Assembly (NCBI RefSeq): GCF_001194135.2 | Contig: NC_068982.1 | Location: 95,974,379-96,038,378, forward strand | DNA from: Octopus bimaculoides | Taxonomy: Eukaryota | Length of the DNA: 64,000 nt | Direction: 5' to 3' | Shown here: positions 38,505-64,000 of the stretch, piece after piece | How the letters are laid out: the number at the start of each line of letters is the position of its first letter | Position numbering within the stretch: position 1 is the stretch's first letter | Translations under genes and position numbers: made by a program | Notes under the pieces: model-generated | The model's database searches: none | Told to the model about the DNA's origin: nothing | The model's input: the letters and a program-made list of their open reading frames with translations, nothing else

Positions 38505-39536
38505 ATGGAAGAGAGGTTTTGTCCTTACTAGACCTGTGATACTTGTGGTAAAAGATTTACAACACAATTTACATTTAATTCATCAGGAACACACTCACAC
38601 TCATAAAGAACCATACCTTTGTAATATTTGTGGTAAAATGTTTACACAGTGTGGTTCATTAACTTCTCAAATATACATTCATATTGGTGAGAAACCATAT
38701 CACTGTGATATCTGTGGTAAAACATTCTCCAATAATTGTGATGTATCTTGTTATAAACATACTCACACAGGTGAAGAGACATACTATTGCGATATTTGTT
38801 GTAAAACATTCTTTCACGGGAGTAATATAATTTATTAGCATACACAGGAAAGAAACCATACCATTGTAATGTCTGTGGTAAATCATTCTCATTTGTGTGA
38901 ATGCGTATATGAGATGTTCAAGCACTACTTTATGTGACTATTTTACTACAGTTTTATGACAATGGTATGGTTTCTCCCCAGTGTGAGTATGTTTATAATC
39001 ATTTAAATATGTAGTAACGTTGTGCGCATGCGTAGTCTCACACATGCGTGGAATTAAACAAGCAAGCTTTCCCGCTTAATTCTATCTCTTTCTCGGTTGG
39101 CCGGCCATTAACAAGGACGTGTCAAGCAGTGTCTCCAACATTCCAACCTGGAAACAGTCTCTTTACGTGTATAGCTGTCACTCTCCATCTTTCGGACTTA
39201 CACTCGACAGCTCGCTTACATCTACATAACAACGTCCCAACAACTATGCTCACACACACAGAAGCTGTAACAACAAGAGCTAAAGATGTATATATTTACC
39301 ACCTAAAATAAATGTTGTTTAAGTTGATAGTCTGGAGTTCAGCGTTCCGTTATATATTCGTAATTTTATATAGGAAGGTCAGGTATACATCTAATGATGT
39401 ATAACCAACTTTCCTATAAATATGTACTGTGAGAAAATGTTTTACTGCAGATATCACAATTATATAGTTTTTCATTTGTATAAATATACTTATGGTAAAT
39501 TAATTTACACATATGTGAGAATGATTTACCACAGAC
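38505..39536 (+). pseudogene. C2H2 zinc-finger pseudogene (cluster gene 4) with an internal inversion and an LTR insertion
   Basis: ATG homolog at 38505; degenerate fingers on + to 38891, continuing on - at 39536-39419 and 39009-38892; finger order matches gene 3 fingers 5-11; stops and frameshifts. Confidence 0.85.
39010..39418 (+). mobile_element. Solo-LTR-like element, hairpin family, copy D
   Basis: TGTAGTAACG...CTTTCCTATA; TSD AATA 39006-39009 / 39419-39422; interrupts zinc-finger sequence; hairpin 39369-39418. Confidence 0.85.
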
Positions 39537-40182
39537 TTTATCTGTGAGACGAAATTATAGAAATATAAACATAATCCTTCTGAACTGTTGATGGGCAGAA
39601 AATATGGTGGAGAGATACCTGATGAACTGTTTCACAGGTTATTAATTGCTCCTCCCCACCCCCAGAGAAGCACCTGATTTTCTTCCCTGTTCTATAGAAT
39701 ATCCAAAATGTTTTAAATCCATATTATTTTGAGAATTTCAAGAAACACCAGCATAAACCTTTTCACTCTCAATGTTATATTTCAAGGAATTAAGATTGTA
39801 ACAAATAATTATAGTCAAGTAATACACTCAAGGCAAGTGAGGAACTATTCACTTTTAAAACACTGTCTATTACTTCAGAAGTGGAAGGGAAACAGCTGAT
39901 CCTGTTCTTTTTTATTTTGTTTTTTGTTTTCTTTTTTTAAACAGGCCTGATTGTCCAAATTGTCTCTCTCTTATTAAGGCAGAGGGTGTAATTTGAGGGA
40001 GATTTGGTAGGCACATCTGACAAGTTGAATAACCACATAGAGACTTCCATCCTTGTTGATGAGTGGCAGGTAGAAGGATTCATCAAGTCTCTAGAGTCCC
40101 TTTTGGTAAAGTATCAAAAAATGTATCTATAATTTAGGAGACAATAGAACTTATAGGCTACATGATGCATGAAAATTTTTTA

Positions 40183-40322
40183 CTTCAGTTTCCGTTTACC
40201 AAATTAACTCAGGCTTTGGTCGGCTCGACGCTATAGTAGAAGACACTTGGTGCCACGCAGTGGGATTGAACCCGGAACCATGTGGTTGGTAAGCATGCTA
40301 CTTACCACACTCTGGCGCCTAT
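40183..40322 (-). mobile_element. SINE 5' half (same family as 235-580)
   Basis: Head and central domain match. Confidence 0.8.
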
Positions 40323-40801
40323 GTATTGTTGACATAAGGGTCAAAACTGCCTTCTTTTGTAATTGGTGCACAATGCCGAAGGTGCTACAAGTGCGTGTGT
40401 GTGTGTGTGTGCGCGCGCGCGCTCTTTCCTTCGGAAGCAAAAATTTATTTAGCTAAACATTGCATATTTCCTCGGAGAGAAAATAAGAAATAAAGTATTC
40501 ATATTTCTTAGTTTCAGAAATTGTTAATGTTAATAATGTGTACTAACGTTTGTCATTTCTTTTAAATTAATACCTTTTGTTTATTTTTATAGCGCATTTG
40601 GATGTCTAATCAATAAGATTAAGATAAAAAAATAATTGACAGCCGGATATTTAATTTACAGGAGAACTTCTCTCATCGACACCGTTGTTCTCCTGTCAAT
40701 GGTAGACATTATTGCAACCAGCAAGTTTCCCTGAATTCTAGAAAAAGGATTGCAAATTTACAATTCTCTAACGTTGCAGTACTTTTGTAAAACCACCAAC
40801 C

Positions 40802-62416
<21,615 letters not shown>

Positions 62417-64000
62417 GTAACTATTATAATATTATTTCTAAAGTGTCAGTTTGAAATTGTGAAAAATTATTGGTAACAGCTGATGGAATTCTTTGTGTCT
62501 AATACCCACTTAAAACTACTTTTAGTCTGATGATATTGAACTATGAAATTCTTATCATAATTTAATACAAGAATCTCTTGAGTGTTGTTATATCAGTTAA
62601 TTATAGAATAGAGCAAATGTTACAGTTTGTGTTGTGAGAAACTTGAACTGTTTGTAGTAGATGATGTTGATTAGCTTGAGGTCAGCCCTGCAATCAAAGT
62701 TATTTCAGCTTTTACAATCCTGTTCATTTTTATTTTATTATGATTGGATGTGATTTGAGAGAGAGTTCACTACTTTTTCTAGATAGCATCTTCAGAAATG
62801 CCTCTTGCTTCATTAGTATGAAGTTGCTCACCAATCTCTGACCCCCTCAGTTGTGTTATCCCTTCTCTCTTACCACTGTAACCACTGCTCCTCACAGAAG
62901 TCTCTCTTTTTTTTTTATCATCCATATCGTGTACCCAACCTCCCAAGACCTTGCACTAGCTACTACACCCAGTCCTTCCTGCTCTCTAGGTCACTGATCT
63001 TTGGGAATCTCTTCCTGCCCATATTTTTCCTGCATCATTAGCTTGCAACTGTTCTAGAGGAACTTTAACAGCATTAATTTCACTAGTCTTGGAAAGCTTG
63101 CAGATATCCTTTCTCTAGTCCACATTCAATGAAAAATGAAAAAAGGTCAAAACTTCTTGCTGGACTACAAAACACAAAAGCTGAACGACAACAATATCAT
63201 CAGCTTTGTTGTCACCATCACCACCACCACTGTCATCATCATCATCATGGTTGTTGTTGTTTAACATCTGTTTTCCATGCTGGCATGAGCTGGATAATTT
63301 GACTAGATCTGGTGAGCCACTGGGTTGTGTCAAGCTCCAATGTCAGCTTTGGCATCGTATCAATGGCTAAATGTCCTTCCTAATGCCTACCACTTACAAC
63401 TGATTACTATATCTATATGGATCATGATCATTGTTTAACATCCATTTTCCATGTTGGTATGACTTGGGCAGTTTAACAAAAGCTGTTGACCAGAGGACTG
63501 CATTAAGCTCCATTATCTGCTCTGGCATAGTTTCTACAGCTGGATGCTCTTCCTAACATCAACCACCTTACAGAGTGTACTGAGTGCTTTTTACGTAGCA
63601 CCAACATGGATGTTGTTCTTAATTAATATTTCTTTTGTAATTTATAATTCTCTCTCAATTATGACAAATTATTATTTCTACATATTCTTGTATTTAAACT
63701 TTGGTTTTCAATTATTTCATGATAGATGTCTTTGGTCATACTCCAACTATGCCATGCTATGTTCTAGACACATTTTTTTAGGAAATTTTGTTGTAACCAG
63801 TCTTTTAAGACTTATATAGATTCTCTTGATTCTACAATTTTCTTACTCACTTAGATTGCAGTAGGCTTCATTCTTATATTACAGTTGAGCAGTTAACAGT
63901 ACCCAATTCATTTTAATGTGTCCCTTCCTTATAATAAACTGAATTTATTGTTTGTCAGCACTGGCAATTGAACAATACCATGTTTTATGACAATCTATTT

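Noticed and set aside
62417-64000. Further CDC5L exon or stop codon
   Set aside because: No segment encoding the expected C-terminal region was found; this stretch is intron with RTE tail and SINE remnants.

Overview
AT-rich, gapped animal genomic DNA; the repeat families and the effector-less C2H2 cluster point to an octopod cephalopod (inference). The left 40 kb is a tandem cluster of paralogous C2H2 zinc-finger genes on +: three intact single-coding-exon ORFs (1920-3461, 18427-20157, 31616-32980) and one rearranged pseudogene (38505-39536). The right 23 kb holds CDC5L on +: 16 phase-consistent coding exons (636 codons), continuing beyond the window. Intergenic and intronic DNA is full of dead mariners, a hAT derivative, RTE/CR1 LINE pieces, tRNA-derived SINEs and MITEs. 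Most notable: (i) a 144-bp palindromic Penelope-type insertion with a minimal hammerhead whose core is the compensated variant GUGAACA (G3:C8) instead of CUGANGA; (ii) a tRNA-headed SINE whose tail is a Penelope-type hammerhead with an inverted tail duplication; (iii) a family of short TGTAG...CTATA solo-LTR-like elements with 4-bp TSDs and a terminal hairpin showing compensatory changes, one inserted into zinc-finger coding DNA. All alignments and folds were done by eye; no searches were run.
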